A DNA stretch of 64,000 bases from Acidimicrobiia bacterium (GTDB lineage Bacteria; Actinomycetota; Acidimicrobiia; IMCC26256; JAENVU01): contig JANPMG010000169.1 of the NCBI GenBank assembly GCA_031422675.1, positions 2,681 through 66,680 of the forward strand, given 5' to 3'. Below the pieces are notes generated by a model. The model saw nothing but the letters and a program-made list of their open reading frames with translations. It was not told the DNA's origin and ran no database searches. Of this stretch, positions 9,009 to 18,021 are shown in pieces. Position numbers and translations under genes: made by a program. Numbering within the stretch: position 1 is the first letter of the stretch; each line of letters starts with the position of its first letter.

Positions 9009-10279
9009 TCCTCGGGTTCGCGGATGTCGAAGAGCGACGCCAGCGCGTCCGAGTACAGCTCACCGCGCGCGGTGCCGGCCGCTTCCTTCAGCCGTACCGT
9101 CGGCTCGTGCAGGAGCTTGTTGACGATTCCGTGAGTCAACGCCTCGATCGCGTTACGCGTGTCGTCGTCTAGGCCGTCGAGCTTGGTGCGGAACCGCACC
9201 AGTTCGCTCTGGCGCACGGTCTCGGCCCGTTCCCGCAGACTCGTGACCAGCGGCGCGACTTCGCGCGCGGCGCGGTCGGTCTGGAATCTTTCCAACTCCT
9301 CGCTGATGATCTCGCGCACCGTCGCGATCTCTCGTCGCCGCTCGTCGATCGCGGCTTCGGTGAGTTGGTGGAGGTCGTCGACATCCCGGAGGGTGACGCC
9401 GGGAATCTGCGCGGCGCCCGGATCCACGTCGCGCGGCACGGCGACGTCGACGATGAGCAGGGGCACACCGTCACGGCGTTCCATCACCGCCTCGACGTCG
9501 GCGCGCTCCACGTGGACCTCGGTGGAGTCGGTCGCCGTGAGCAGCACGTCCACGCTGGTGAGCACGTCTTGCAGGTCACCGAGCGGAACGGCTCGGCCGC
9601 CGAGGCGCTCGGCGAGCGCGACCGCACGGGCGTGGGTCCGGTTGGCCACCACCACCTCGCCCACCCCGGCCGTGATCAAGGATTGCCCGAGACCTTCGGC
9701 AACGTCACCGGCACCGAGAATCAACACCGATCGCCCGCGCAGCGAGAACATCGTCCGTTCGGCGAGCGCCACCGCGGCCGACGACACCGAGAGCGCGCGC
9801 CGGCCGATCGCGGTCTCGGTACGCACGCGCTTGCCGAGTTCGATCGCGTGGCGGAAGACGCGCGCCATGGCCTGCCCGGAGGCACCTTCGGCTTCGGCGA
9901 GCTGCCACGCGTCTCGAACCTGTCCGAGGATCTCGCCTTCGCCCACGATCATCGAGTCCAGCCCGGCCGCGACACCGAACAAGTGGCTGACCGCGCTGTC
10001 GTCGTAATAGGTGTAGAGGTGCTCGGAGAAGTCCTCGGGCGGCGCTGCGCCCTGCTCGGAAAGAAACTCGAGCACGTCCGAGACCGCGGAATGGAACTTC
10101 GTCGACCGGGCGTAGATCTCGGTGCGGTTGCAGGTGGAGAGCAGAACGACTTCGGCCAGATGCTCCCGAACCGAGAGATCGTGCAGGGCTTTGACCATGC
10201 GCGACGACGGCACCGCGACGCGCTCGCGCAACTCGACGGGCGCGGTGCGATGGTTGAGTCCGACCACGATCACAGACAC
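9005..10279 (-). CDS. hemA: Glutamyl-tRNA reductase
   Basis: VVGLNHRTAPVELRE and LSTCNRTEIY signatures. 4-nt overlap with hemC. Confidence 0.9.
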   Translation of the reverse strand: MSVIVVGLNHRTAPVELRERVAVPSSRMVKALHDLSVREHLAEVVLLSTCNRTEIYARSTKFHSAVSDVLEFLSEQGAAPPEDFSEHLYTYYDDSAVSHLFGVAAGLDSMIVGEGEILGQVRDAWQLAEAEGASGQAMARVFRHAIELGKRVRTETAIGRRALSVSSAAVALAERTMFSLRGRSVLILGAGDVAEGLGQSLITAGVGEVVVANRTHARAVALAERLGGRAVPLGDLQDVLTSVDVLLTATDSTEVHVERADVEAVMERRDGVPLLIVDVAVPRDVDPGAAQIPGVTLRDVDDLHQLTEAAIDERRREIATVREIISEELERFQTDRAAREVAPLVTSLRERAETVRQSELVRFRTKLDGLDDDTRNAIEALTHGIVNKLLHEPTVRLKEAAGTARGELYSDALASLFDIREPEE

Positions 10280-10902
10280 GAGCGGAGCAACTCCCTTGCT
10301 TCGGCCTCACGGCCTTGGCGAACGAGGTCGAGGATGCCGGAATCGAACGCCTGTCGCCAATCGGCGTCCTCGCTCGAACGCCCGGACGAGCGAATCGCTT
10401 CCCGGGCTTCGGACAGCAGTTCCAAGAGCCGCTCGTACTCTGGGCCCATTTCGGTGCCGACGTGGGCCTTGAGGAACGTCGCCAACGCGGGACTTCGACC
10501 ATTCGTCCCGATCGTGACCACGAGATCGCCCTGGCGGACGACCGACATGAGCGTGAAGGAACAGTTGGCGGGGTCGTCGGCGGAGTTCACCCAGATCTGG
10601 CGGGCCTCGCCGGCGTCGTACACCGCTTGGTTGACTGCGGCGTCGGCGGTCGCGGTGAAGGCAAGCCATGCGCCGTCGAGATCGGACGGCTCGAACCTCC
10701 GGGGTTCCCAGACGAGCCGGCCCGCCGCCGCGCCGGCTCGGATCGATTCCACGGCATCTGGCGCGACCACCACGACCTGTGCGTCGGCTTCGAGGAGCGC
10801 TGCGAGTTTCCGAGCCGCGATCCGGCCTGCGCCCACCATCACGACCCGACGCCCGGCGACGAGGAAGTTCGCCGGGTACCCCACCAGGCTCGGGCGGCTC
10901 AT
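10270..10902 (-). CDS. Precorrin-2 dehydrogenase / sirohydrochlorin ferrochelatase (SirC/CysG N-terminal type)
   Basis: Only the last 210 codons of the 440-aa track ORF look real. FLVAGRRVVMVGAGRIAARK Rossmann motif, and an ATG at 10902 overlapping the rex stop (ATGA). Confidence 0.75.
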   Translation of the reverse strand: MSRPSLVGYPANFLVAGRRVVMVGAGRIAARKLAALLEADAQVVVVAPDAVESIRAGAAAGRLVWEPRRFEPSDLDGAWLAFTATADAAVNQAVYDAGEARQIWVNSADDPANCSFTLMSVVRQGDLVVTIGTNGRSPALATFLKAHVGTEMGPEYERLLELLSEAREAIRSSGRSSEDADWRQAFDSGILDLVRQGREAEARELLRSCL

Positions 10903-11624
10903 GCGATTCGCTCCTTGATCCGGCGGTGGGATTGGTAGAAGGAGAGGATCTGGAGCTCGGTGGCGAGATCGACCTTGCGGACCGACACCCCGTCCGGAAC
11001 GACGATGACCGCCGGGGCGAAGTTCAGGATCGACGCCACGCCGGCCGCGACGAGCCGGTCCGCGACGGCTTGGGCGGCGGCGGCGGGGGTGGCGATGATG
11101 CCGATGGTGATCCCGCGGGTGCGCACGATCTCGGTGACGTCGGCCAACGCCTCGACCGCCAGTCCGTTGACCACCATGCCCACCTTGGCCGGGTCGGCGT
11201 CCACGAGCGCGAGCACCCGGAATCCACGATCGGTCAAGCCGGCGTAATTGGCGAGCGCATGTCCGAGGTTGCCGACGCCGACGATCGCGACCGGCCAGTC
11301 GTGGGTGAGGCCCAGCTCTCGTGAAATCCGATCGAGAAGAAACGTCACCTCGTATCCCACCCCCCGGGTGCCGTACGAGCCGAGATACGAGAGGTCCTTG
11401 CGCACTTGTGCCGCGTTGACGCCGGCCATCGCCGCGAGGCGGTCCGACGACACGGTCTCCACGCCGCCGTCGGTGATCTCGAGCAGCGCCCGGTAGTACA
11501 GAGGGAGGCGAGCGACCGCCGCCGCCGGGATCTTTCGTGCGCTGCCCTGCGCTCCCGATCGCTGTACCAACGTGAGCCCTACTTCGACACACCCGAGCGC
11601 GTCACCCGGGTTCGGATCGGTCAA
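10899..11624 (-). CDS. rex: Redox-sensing transcriptional repressor Rex
   Basis: IPAAAVARLPLYYRAL winged-helix motif, GVGNLGHALA NADH-binding Rossmann motif, first gene of the hem operon. The exact start is uncertain. Confidence 0.85.
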   Translation of the reverse strand: MTDPNPGDALGCVEVGLTLVQRSGAQGSARKIPAAAVARLPLYYRALLEITDGGVETVSSDRLAAMAGVNAAQVRKDLSYLGSYGTRGVGYEVTFLLDRISRELGLTHDWPVAIVGVGNLGHALANYAGLTDRGFRVLALVDADPAKVGMVVNGLAVEALADVTEIVRTRGITIGIIATPAAAAQAVADRLVAAGVASILNFAPAVIVVPDGVSVRKVDLATELQILSFYQSHRRIKERIA

Positions 11625-11636
11625 GTTACACCGGTC

Positions 11637-11654
11637 TCGTGCAGTTCTTCACAA
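11637..11654. promoter_or_regulatory. Candidate Rex operator (ROP-like inverted repeat)
   Basis: The minus strand reads TTGTGAA-GAAC-TGCACGA, against the Streptomyces ROP consensus TTGTGAA-N4-TTCACAA (12 of 14 half-site positions). It lies 13 nt upstream of the longest rex start. Confidence 0.45.
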
Positions 11655-11763
11655 GCAGAGACCGCCGGCCGGGAGCTGCGGTGGGTCCGCGCGCCGAAGC
11701 TCCCGACATCGATCCGGACTCGTTGGCCGAACCGGTGAGGTCGAGGCCTACGCTCGCTGGCCC

Positions 11764-12450
11764 ATGGTCGTCGGGCTCGCCTTCATCGCCACCGCCGTGG
11801 CGACCCTCTTCGCCCAGGCCACGCTCGTCCGGGCGACCCGCCATCACCGTCCGCAGGACCGGGCGTGGACGGTGTCGTTGGCGTGCGTGGCGTTGGCGTC
11901 GGCGGCGTTGGCCTCCGGCGCGTCGACGGGCTGGGACAACGGCACCTTTCGGGTGTTCTACCTCCTCGGTGCGGTGGTGTCGGTGCCGTGGTTGGCCCTC
12001 GGCACCGTGTATCTACTCGCGCCGGTCGCGGGCCGGCGCGCCGAGCGCGTGCTGGTCCTCTTCAGCGGTCTTGCTACCGGGGTACTCCTCTCGACCCCGA
12101 TGCAACCGGTAGGCGGAACGGCCATCCCCGTCGGTCACGAGGTGTTCGCTGGCTTCCCCCGCGTGCTCGCCGGCATCGGGAACGGTGTCGGCGCCACGGT
12201 CATCATCGTGGGCGCGCTGATCTCCGCCTGGCGCTTCGGCCGCGATCGTTCACGAGTGGGAAACGGTCGCCGCGCCGGCGCCAATCTCCTGATCGCGCTC
12301 GGCACGGTGGTGCTCTCGAGCGGGGGCCTCATCCAGGGGATCGCCGGAAAGGACGGCGCGTTCGTGGTGACGCTCGCGCTCGGGATCAGCGTGATCTACG
12401 CCGGATTCCTCGTGGCCGGGTCTGCGCCCGCCCCGAGAACTCAGCCCTGA
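11764..12450 (+). CDS. Uncharacterised polytopic membrane protein
   Basis: ATG at 11764 (MVVGLAFIATAV..) within the 11572 ORF. Five to six hydrophobic helices and no motif I recognise. Confidence 0.55.
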   Translation: MVVGLAFIATAVATLFAQATLVRATRHHRPQDRAWTVSLACVALASAALASGASTGWDNGTFRVFYLLGAVVSVPWLALGTVYLLAPVAGRRAERVLVLFSGLATGVLLSTPMQPVGGTAIPVGHEVFAGFPRVLAGIGNGVGATVIIVGALISAWRFGRDRSRVGNGRRAGANLLIALGTVVLSSGGLIQGIAGKDGAFVVTLALGISVIYAGFLVAGSAPAPRTQP

Positions 12451-12454
12451 TCGG

Positions 12455-13915
12455 TCAGGTCTGATCAGTCAGGGCGCGCCGCACGACTTTGCCGGCCTGG
12501 TTCCGCGGCAGCTCGTCGATCAGTTCCAACGTGGCCGGCACCTTGTAGCGGGCGAGGCGACGGGCGACATGGTCGCGCAGCGCGGCCAGGGTCGGAGCGG
12601 CACCCGGTGACGCGACGACGAATGCAGCGATCGCCTCGCCGGTGCGCGCGTTCGGCAGGCCGATTACGGCCACGTCGGCGACATCGGGATGCTCGATGAG
12701 CACATCCTCGACCTCGGCCGGATAAACGTTGAAGCCCGACACGATGATCAGGTCCTTCAGGCGGTCGACGAGGCTCAGGAACCCGTGGTCATCCGCCACC
12801 GCGACGTCACCGGTGCGCAGCCATCCGTTCTGGAGCACCCGGGCCGTGGCCTCGGGATCGTCCCAGTAGCCGATGAAGACGTTCGGCCCGCGAACCCAGA
12901 TCTCGCCTGGATCGCCGACCAGTACGTCGCCGCCGTCGGCATCCACGAGGCGGACCTCCACACCCGGGAGCGGCGGACCGATCGACCCGGAACGCGGACT
13001 GCGATCGACGGCGGTCGTGGCCACGATCGGCGCAGCCTCGGTGAGGCCATAACCCTCGTAGACGGTCACGCCGAATCGCGCCTGGAAGCGGGAGCCCACG
13101 GACTCGGGGAGTTCCGCCGCGCCCGACACCGCGAGCCGGGTGCTCACGAACGAATCGGCCGGCGCATCGGACTCGGAGAGTTCGAGGAACGCCGCAAACA
13201 TCGCGGGTACTCCGGCCACGATCGTGGCGCGCTCGCGGCGAATGATCTCGACCGCGCGCGCGGCGTCGAACTGCGCCAGGAGCACCGAGCGGACGCCCCC
13301 GGTGAGCGCAACCCCCAGCGCAACGTTGAGCCCGAAGACGTGAAAGAACGGCAGGGTCGCGAGCCCGACGTCGTCGGGACCCACGGCAAGGCCCGGGTGG
13401 GACTGCACCTGCGCAATGTTGGCCGCCAGGTTCCCGTGGGTGAGCATGGCGGCACGCGGCGACCCGGCCGTGCCCGACGTGAACAACAGCACCGCGAGGT
13501 CGCCGTCGGCCCGGTCGACCGCCGCGGCCATCTCCGGACCGTCCGGAAGGGCCGAGCTCGCGACTGCGCCGGTCACCTCCAGTCCGTGATCGACGCCGGT
13601 GCCACACACGAGCAGCCGGGCACCGACCCGCTCGAACTCGGCAGCCAGCGCGGCGACGGGCGCCAACGGATTCAACGGCACCGCCACCGCGCCACACCAC
13701 AGGGCCCCCAGATAGGCGTCCACGAAGCTGAGGTCGTTGGCGGCCGCAATCGCCACCCGGTCTCCGGGGCGGACACCAAGTTGATCGAAGGCGCCGGCAG
13801 TTTGAGCGGCGCGGGCCCGGAGGCCGCCGAAGCTGACCGTGACCTCACCATCGAGGATCGCAGTCGCGTCGGGAGCCAGCTCGGCATGACGCAGGAGAGT
13901 CGAGACCAAGTTCAC
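12455..13915 (-). CDS. AMP-dependent acyl-CoA synthetase/ligase (FadD-like)
   Basis: LLFTSGTAGSPRAAMLTHGNL AMP-binding box, YGLTE, GWLRTGD, and a C-terminal GKVVRR lysine motif. Confidence 0.85.
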   Translation of the reverse strand: MNLVSTLLRHAELAPDATAILDGEVTVSFGGLRARAAQTAGAFDQLGVRPGDRVAIAAANDLSFVDAYLGALWCGAVAVPLNPLAPVAALAAEFERVGARLLVCGTGVDHGLEVTGAVASSALPDGPEMAAAVDRADGDLAVLLFTSGTAGSPRAAMLTHGNLAANIAQVQSHPGLAVGPDDVGLATLPFFHVFGLNVALGVALTGGVRSVLLAQFDAARAVEIIRRERATIVAGVPAMFAAFLELSESDAPADSFVSTRLAVSGAAELPESVGSRFQARFGVTVYEGYGLTEAAPIVATTAVDRSPRSGSIGPPLPGVEVRLVDADGGDVLVGDPGEIWVRGPNVFIGYWDDPEATARVLQNGWLRTGDVAVADDHGFLSLVDRLKDLIIVSGFNVYPAEVEDVLIEHPDVADVAVIGLPNARTGEAIAAFVVASPGAAPTLAALRDHVARRLARYKVPATLELIDELPRNQAGKVVRRALTDQT

Positions 13916-14069
13916 GGCCCGAGAGTCTGCCAGACGGACTCGGGCATCCGATCAGAGGTCCCCGGGACCAGGAAATCTCGCTCGCCCCGCTCAAGTCCGG
14001 TCACCACACCGCCGATGACTGGATTCGGAACATGACAGGAAGCAAAACGGGGCGAAATGGGAGGCACCG

Positions 14070-14759
14070 ATGCGATTCCGAAAGGCGGTATGCAGCTTCG
14101 CCGTGGTCATCGCGGCCGGAGGAGGGATGTGGTTCTCGTCGTCACCGGCGGGAGCAAACTCTGATCCTGGCGCCGCGGCCGACTTCGTCGGACGAATGAA
14201 CGGACTGCGGGCCTCACGGGGCCTCGCCGGTCTGAGCACCAACGGCACCCTCGCCGCCAAGGCCCAGCGATGGGCGGAGTACATGGCGTCAGTGGGGGCC
14301 ATCAGCCACTCGAACCTTTCCGATGGCGCGCCAGGAGAATGGACGCGACTCGGCGAGAACGTCGGGCGCGGACCCAGCGTGGATGCCATCCACAACGCGC
14401 TCGTTGCATCACCCGAGCATTACGAAAATCTCACCGATCCGGGGTTCCGGTATGTGGGTGTGGGCGTAGTGAATGCCAACGGGACGTATTACGTCTCGCA
14501 GGTGTTCATGGAATCAGCCTCCCAGCCCGCCCCAAATACGTCCGCACCTGCGGCCGCCACCCCGTCGCCGGGGAAGCCGCGGTCGGCGCCACGAGCGCCG
14601 GCCGCGGTCCCGGTACCTCCGCCACCACCGCCGAACCCGCTGGCCGGCATGCCTCCGGGCTTCGACTACGAGTTGCCGGCAAGCACGCGGCCCGCCGTGG
14701 TCAAGATCCGGTCGGGTCGGGGTTGGGTCTACATGCAGGGATCGTTCCGCATCGCGTGA
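14070..14759 (+). CDS. Secreted CAP/SCP (PR-1-like) domain protein with a Pro-rich C-terminal region
   Basis: Signal-like N-terminus. R..RGL..L......LAAKAQRWAEYM...HSN, GENVG and HYENL...F..VGVG blocks are typical of the CAP domain. Confidence 0.75.
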   Translation: MRFRKAVCSFAVVIAAGGGMWFSSSPAGANSDPGAAADFVGRMNGLRASRGLAGLSTNGTLAAKAQRWAEYMASVGAISHSNLSDGAPGEWTRLGENVGRGPSVDAIHNALVASPEHYENLTDPGFRYVGVGVVNANGTYYVSQVFMESASQPAPNTSAPAAATPSPGKPRSAPRAPAAVPVPPPPPPNPLAGMPPGFDYELPASTRPAVVKIRSGRGWVYMQGSFRIA

Positions 14760-14886
14760 CCTCGCGATCATGTATGGGTCCGTGATGTGATCCACGGGGA
14801 CTCGATACGGTTGCGGTCATCCGTCCACCCATTCGGCACCGAAGAAATCATCGTGAGATCCGAACCCCCTTCAACGTTGTGCGGCC

Positions 14887-15492
14887 ATGACCGCTGACGT
14901 CCGCGGCGACCGGCGGCTCGACGAACTCGACGACGCGGCACTGGTCGGAGAGGTTGTACAGCGCCGGCCCGAAGCGGTCGAGATCCTGTGGCGGCGCCAT
15001 TCCAGCGCAGTCCTCGGCGTGGCGCGCCGGGTCACCGGCAGTGCACCGCTGGCCGAGGAAGTCCTCCAAGAAGTCTTCCTGCGGCTGTGGCGGGCGCCGG
15101 AGCGCTTCGACCCGACGCGCGGTGCGCTGCGTTCGTTCCTGTTGATGGAGGCGAACGGTCGCTCGATCGACGCGATTCGCAGCGACGTGTCCCGGCGCGG
15201 CCTCGAAACTCGAACGGCCCGCACCGACCGGACCGACGCGGACCCGGTGGGGGCGCAGGTCTGGGAAAGCTCGGTGGCCGACCACCTCCGTGAAGCCTTG
15301 GACGAGCTTCCGGATGGCGAACGCGAAGCCATTGAACTCGCCTACTACGGCCATCATCCGTACAAGGATGTGGCCACCATTCTCGGCGTGCCGGAGGGCA
15401 CGGTGAAAAGTCGTATCCGAGCCGGACTGGCCCGTATGCGGGACCGCCTGGTGGCCGTCGATCTCGGGGAGCAACTGTGGACGAGCGATTGA
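14887..15492 (+). CDS. ECF-type RNA polymerase sigma factor (SigK-like)
   Basis: Sigma-70 region 2 (EVLQEVFLRLW) and region 4 (ELAYYGHHPYKDVATILGVPEGTVKSRIR). Overlaps a downstream RskA-like gene. Confidence 0.85.
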   Translation: MTADVRGDRRLDELDDAALVGEVVQRRPEAVEILWRRHSSAVLGVARRVTGSAPLAEEVLQEVFLRLWRAPERFDPTRGALRSFLLMEANGRSIDAIRSDVSRRGLETRTARTDRTDADPVGAQVWESSVADHLREALDELPDGEREAIELAYYGHHPYKDVATILGVPEGTVKSRIRAGLARMRDRLVAVDLGEQLWTSD

Positions 15493-16226
15493 ACCCCGAA
15501 GAACTTCGGGAGCTGCTCGGCGCCTTCGCGCTCGGCGCAGTCGAGCCCGAGGACCGCACCCAGGTGGAGGAGTTCGTACTCCAGGACCGTGACGCGCGGA
15601 TCGAACTCCACCAACTCGAGCACGCAGTGGCGTGGCTCGGACACGCGTCGCCACGTCCGAGCGACGCGTCGTGGAACGCCGTTCGGCTCGAGATGGCCCG
15701 AGACCTGGCCGAATCCGGTACCACCGATGTTGCGGCGGGCGAGGAACCGATCGTGCCGACCGACGTCATCTCCATGGACGACTTTGCCGAACGACAGGAC
15801 CAGAAGAACCGGCGCAAGAACTGGCGGCAACTCGTGGCCGTCGCGGCGGCCACCGTGGTGCTCCTCGGCACTGCGATCGGCGTGGCCCAGGTGATCAGGG
15901 AGGACTCGGCCAATCCACCGGGTCGGACCGTGGCCCTTCGCGCGCCCGACGGCGGAGTGCCAGTGGAGGTTGTCCTCCATCGCAACGGCACGGGCTCGGT
16001 CCGGAGTTCCGATCTGCCGAGGGCACTGCGCGGCCAGGTCTATCAACTCTGGGCCCAAGCGTCGCCGACCGCACCGATGCACTCGGCCGGACTGCTCGGC
16101 CGGGTACCGGAAGGCCGCCGCCTCACCGTGCCTCGCGGCACCCTCCGGATCGCGATCAGTGTCGAACCCGAAGGGGGGAGTCGCGAGCCGACGACGGACC
16201 CGGTGGCGGTCAGCGACGAACTCTGA
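15477..16226 (+). CDS. Anti-sigma-K factor RskA-like protein
   Basis: N-terminal anti-sigma helix, a single TM (LVAVAAATVVLLGTAIGV), and a C-terminal YQLWA...SAG...ISVEPEGGS..PT block typical of the RskA extracytoplasmic domain. 16-nt overlap with the sigma gene. Confidence 0.8.
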   Translation: MDERLNPEELRELLGAFALGAVEPEDRTQVEEFVLQDRDARIELHQLEHAVAWLGHASPRPSDASWNAVRLEMARDLAESGTTDVAAGEEPIVPTDVISMDDFAERQDQKNRRKNWRQLVAVAAATVVLLGTAIGVAQVIREDSANPPGRTVALRAPDGGVPVEVVLHRNGTGSVRSSDLPRALRGQVYQLWAQASPTAPMHSAGLLGRVPEGRRLTVPRGTLRIAISVEPEGGSREPTTDPVAVSDEL

Positions 16227-16260
16227 TCGAGCGCTGATTCACATCGCAACCGCGCCCACC

Positions 16261-16283
16261 CCTGAACCAGTCAGGGGTTCAGG
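16261..16283. terminator. Hairpin between convergent genes (8-bp stem cctgaacc/ggttcagg, 7-nt loop), no U-tract
   Basis: Read directly. It sits between the rskA-like stop (16226) and the stop of the minus-strand genes (16271). Confidence 0.25.
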
Positions 16284-16363
16284 TGCACCACGAACTGCAG
16301 CAGCCCGGCGCCGAGGATCAGCACCAACAGAGCGATGATCGCGAGAGTGGTTCCTTGTCTCAT
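16271..16363 (-). CDS. Possible 30-aa single-TM micropeptide (MRQGTTLAIIALLVLILGAGLLQFVVHLNP)
   Basis: Its ATG overlaps the stop of the upstream gene (ATGA at 16360..16363). The product is one hydrophobic helix. No homology evidence. Confidence 0.3.
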   Translation of the reverse strand: MRQGTTLAIIALLVLILGAGLLQFVVHLNP

Positions 16364-17181
16364 GCGGGGCCTCCAGCCGGCACGATCGTGACGCCCGATC
16401 CGGCGGTGAGGCCGCAATCGACCGCCGCCGACTTCCGATCGAGCGCGAGGGAAACGAGTCCGTAGGAGTCGACGATCATCGCCAACTCCGACGGGTTTGC
16501 GTCGGCGTAGGTATGGACCCAACGGGCCCGCCGCCCGCCGGGACCGAATCGCAGCTCCACCGTGTCGCCGCGGGTGACGCCGAGCGCGGTCAGTTCCTCG
16601 GGCCCGATGTTGAGCTGACAGTTGCCGTACCCATCGACCCACCAGACCTCGCCGACGAGCGTTCCGGCCTCGACGTTCGGCAGCGGTATCAGCCCGGGGG
16701 TGAGTCCGGCCGGGTCCACGAGTTCGCCGAGGGCTTCGAGTGCGATGCCCCGGGCCAGGAATCCGGCCGCAGGCGCGAGCACATCGCGGCCGGCGAACGT
16801 GGGGCCGGGTGCATCCATCTGGTACTCGTCATTGGTGAGTGCGACGACGCGACGCGCGCCGCCGACCATCGCCACGGCCGGCGCCAGCAAGCCGTTGTCC
16901 GGCCCGATGAAGATCCCGGTCTCGGTTTCGATCGCCACCGCGCGCCGATCCGTCCCGACCCCGGGATCCACCACCGCGAGCACGATGCCGTCGGGCAGAT
17001 ATTGGACGGCGCGCACGAGCGTGAGCGAACCGGCGCGCACGTCGTGAGCCGGAACCCCGTGGGTGATGTCGAGAATCCGAAGGTCCGGGGCGAGGTCCGT
17101 CATCACCGCCTTGCACACTCCGACGAACTCGTCGACATAGCCGTAGTCGGTCAGGAACGAGACGACCTCGACATTCGACAC
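16360..17181 (-). CDS. SAM hydroxide adenosyltransferase (DUF62, chlorinase/fluorinase-fold family)
   Basis: FLTDYGYVDEFVGVCKAVM N-terminus and DPGVGT motif, characteristic of the family. Confidence 0.8.
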   Translation of the reverse strand: MSNVEVVSFLTDYGYVDEFVGVCKAVMTDLAPDLRILDITHGVPAHDVRAGSLTLVRAVQYLPDGIVLAVVDPGVGTDRRAVAIETETGIFIGPDNGLLAPAVAMVGGARRVVALTNDEYQMDAPGPTFAGRDVLAPAAGFLARGIALEALGELVDPAGLTPGLIPLPNVEAGTLVGEVWWVDGYGNCQLNIGPEELTALGVTRGDTVELRFGPGGRRARWVHTYADANPSELAMIVDSYGLVSLALDRKSAAVDCGLTAGSGVTIVPAGGPA

Positions 17182-17211
17182 AGATCCGACGGTAGCGCCG
17201 GCGTCACACGC

Positions 17212-18021
17212 TCAGCGCTTCGGGGCGCCGAGGTCACGGGAACGATCGGTGGCGGCGGTCACCGCGTCCAGGATCGCCGCTCGCATCGAGTGGGCCTCGA
17301 GCACCCGCAGCCCGGCCGCAGTGGTTCCACCCGGCGACGTGACCTCAGCCCGGAGCGCCTCGGCGGTCTCGCCGCGATCGGTCAACATCACCCCAGCACC
17401 ACGGATCGTTCCGTGCACCAACGTGGTCGCGACGTCGCGAGGCAGGCCATTCAGCACCCCGGCCTCGATCATCGCCTCGGCGAAGAGGAACACGTACGCA
17501 GGGCCCGAGCCCGACAACCCGGTCACTGCGTCCAGGAGCGGCTCCGCAACAACGACCACCGTGCCCACCGCGCCGAGCACACGCGTGGCGGTGGCGACGT
17601 GTACCTCGGTTGCGAGCGAACCGCCGGCGAGCGCGGCAACCCCGTGGCCGACGAGTGCGGGGGTGTTCGGCATCGCCCGCACGACCGGCCGGCCGGGGAC
17701 CGCGGCTTCCAGATCGGCGAGGGAGATCCCGGCTGCGATCGACACGACCAACGCACCCTCGGCCAGGACCGGGAGCGCGCCGTCGAGCACTGCGAGTACG
17801 TCGGCCGGCTTCACCGCGACGACCACGACATCGGCGTCGCCCACGACCCACGATGCGCTCGGTCCCACCCGCACTCCGGCCAGCTCGTCTTCGAGGGCTC
17901 GGCGCCGACCGGGATCGGTCTCGGCAATCGCCAGGCCCTCGGCGTCGAATCCGGCGGCCAGCAAGCCCGCGACCAGCGCGGTGCCCATCCGACCACCACC
18001 CAGAACTGCTATTCGCTCCAC
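17212..18021 (-). CDS. proC: Pyrroline-5-carboxylate reductase
   Basis: IAVLGGGRMG Rossmann N-terminus, AMPNTPALVG, C-terminal SPGGTTAAGL motif. Confidence 0.9.
   Translation of the reverse strand: MERIAVLGGGRMGTALVAGLLAAGFDAEGLAIAETDPGRRRALEDELAGVRVGPSASWVVGDADVVVVAVKPADVLAVLDGALPVLAEGALVVSIAAGISLADLEAAVPGRPVVRAMPNTPALVGHGVAALAGGSLATEVHVATATRVLGAVGTVVVVAEPLLDAVTGLSGSGPAYVFLFAEAMIEAGVLNGLPRDVATTLVHGTIRGAGVMLTDRGETAEALRAEVTSPGGTTAAGLRVLEAHSMRAAILDAVTAATDRSRDLGAPKR

Noticed and set aside
13916-14069. Possible riboswitch (I considered a ydaO/c-di-AMP-like leader) in the spacer between the acyl-CoA ligase and the CAP-domain gene. The spacer contains ggtccccgggacc and scattered GAAUC/GGGG elements.
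   Set aside because: I could not lay the sequence onto the conserved pseudo-symmetric core of any riboswitch class I know. The similarity is limited to short G/C-rich words that are common in this genome. A covariance-model scan would be needed to decide.
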